Shown here: positions 63,085-64,000 of the stretch, piece by piece
Numbering within the stretch: position 1 is the first letter of the stretch
Layout of the letters: each line of letters starts with the position of its first letter
Assembly: GCA_963845185.1 (NCBI GenBank)
Contig: CAWJRG010000010.1
Span: 64,001 to 128,000, forward strand
Direction of reading: 5' to 3'
DNA: 64,000 nt
Source: an uncultured bacterium
Lineage (GTDB): Bacteria; Oederibacteriota; PGYV01; CAWJRG01
Position numbers and translations under genes: made by a program
The notes under the pieces: generated by a model
Database searches by the model: none
The model's input: only the letters and a program-made list of their open reading frames with translations
What the model was told of the DNA's origin: nothing

Positions 63085-64000
63085 TTAATAAGCAGTAGTA
63101 TGATGAAATACATCAAGCACTGTCTTGATGATAATTTTCATATCAAACCATAACGTCCAGTTTTCAATATAATATAAGTCATATTTTACCCGTTCTTCAA
63201 GTGAAGTATCTCCGCGCAGCCCATTTACTGCTGCCCATCCACTCATGCCTGCCTTAACCTTGTGCCTTTCCATGTAGCGCGGTATTATTTCCTTAAATTT
63301 GTTGACAAAATGCGGCCTTTCCGGCCTCGGCCCAACTATGCTCATTTCTCCTATCAGTACGTTTATCAACTGAGGCAGCTCGTCAATGCTTGTCTTCCTT
63401 AGAAACGCTCCGATTCTTGTCCTTCTCGGGTCGTCTGCCTTTGCCCATATAGGCCCTGTCTTTTCTTCCGCATCAATCTTCATTGTCCTGAATTTCCATA
63501 CTAGAAAAATCCTGTTGTTTCTGCTTACCCTTTCCTGCCTGAAAAACACAGGCCCGGTCGAAGTCAGCTTGATTATTATTGCTATAACAAGAAAAAACAC
63601 CGAAAGTATTAATAGCCCAAGAGTTGAAAAAACAATATCGCAAAACCTTTTAATGAACCTGTTTGTCATTCTGTCAAGCGGGAGTTCTTTTATTGCAAAT
63701 ACAGGTATGCCGTGAAGTTCGTCGTAGTCTATGTTTTTGGTAACAATGCTCAATACATCCGAGGCTATCATGAACTTCACGCCTTCATTTTCAATTATTA
63801 TGTCCGCTATCTCCTGCCTGTTGTAATTGGTGAGACCTATAAATACCTCATCCACTTTTTCTTTTGTTATTATTTTCCCGGTATCTTTTATTTTACCTAA
63901 AACACGCACGTCGCCTATTTTTTTCCCTGATTTTTGCTTATTGTCAACAAGCCCAACCACCTTGTAACCCGAGCCCGGCGACCTTTTTATGCGGTCAATC
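63085..64000 (-). CDS. Undecaprenyl-phosphate glucose phosphotransferase (WcaJ-like), 5' end outside the window
   Basis: KRFCDI, GPVFFRQER, KFRTM, DELPQLINVLIGEMSIVGPRPERP and YDLYYIENW motifs. Confidence 0.93.
   Translation of the reverse strand, partial: IDRIKRSPGSGYKVVGLVDNKQKSGKKIGDVRVLGKIKDTGKIITKEKVDEVFIGLTNYNRQEIADIIIENEGVKFMIASDVLSIVTKNIDYDELHGIPVFAIKELPLDRMTNRFIKRFCDIVFSTLGLLILSVFFLVIAIIIKLTSTGPVFFRQERVSRNNRIFLVWKFRTMKIDAEEKTGPIWAKADDPRRTRIGAFLRKTSIDELPQLINVLIGEMSIVGPRPERPHFVNKFKEIIPRYMERHKVKAGMSGWAAVNGLRGDTSLEERVKYDLYYIENWTLWFDMKIIIKTVLDVFHHTTAY

Noticed and set aside
1..64000. Many antisense or nested ORFs (for example 2491..3018, 8886..9665, 37987..38610, 57162..57845)
   Set aside because: They are shadows of well-supported genes on the opposite strand or in another frame, with no recognisable motifs.

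Overview
Bacterial chromosomal window, AT-rich (roughly 40% GC by eye), with most genes on the minus strand. The Thr/Pro-stalked secreted proteins suggest a poorly characterised candidate-phylum anaerobe, possibly Goldiibacteriota-like (inference only). Core content: rpoZ in an unusual microprotein operon, a MoxR/DUF58/BatA/BatB cluster, a znuABC-type operon with radical SAM, DUF89 and a kinase-dCMP deaminase fusion, serS followed by two tRNA-Ser genes and a disrupted tRNA-Ser copy, rlmD, mazG, argB-D-F-G-H, 6S RNA-rny-ymdB-DUF2723/TPR, a MarR-EmrAB cassette, a GH59 enzyme, a 1545-aa NHL-repeat surface protein and the end of a sugar-nucleotide operon. There is one intact IS1182-family element, inserted into a palindromic repeat. 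The most striking unexplained structure is non-coding. (1) A family of modular, covarying stem-loop repeats: seven loci, six of which end right against a Shine-Dalgarno sequence, five of these directly upstream of unrelated genes. (2) A related hairpin module inside a structured insertion that splits a duplicated tRNA-Ser at the T-loop. (3) A second rod-shaped, 6S-like RNA in tandem with 6S. (4) A recurrent promoter cassette with a conserved spacer. (5) Several microproteins missed by the ORF track. No CRISPR array, cas, integrase or reverse transcriptase is visible. All family calls come from motif recognition, not database searches.
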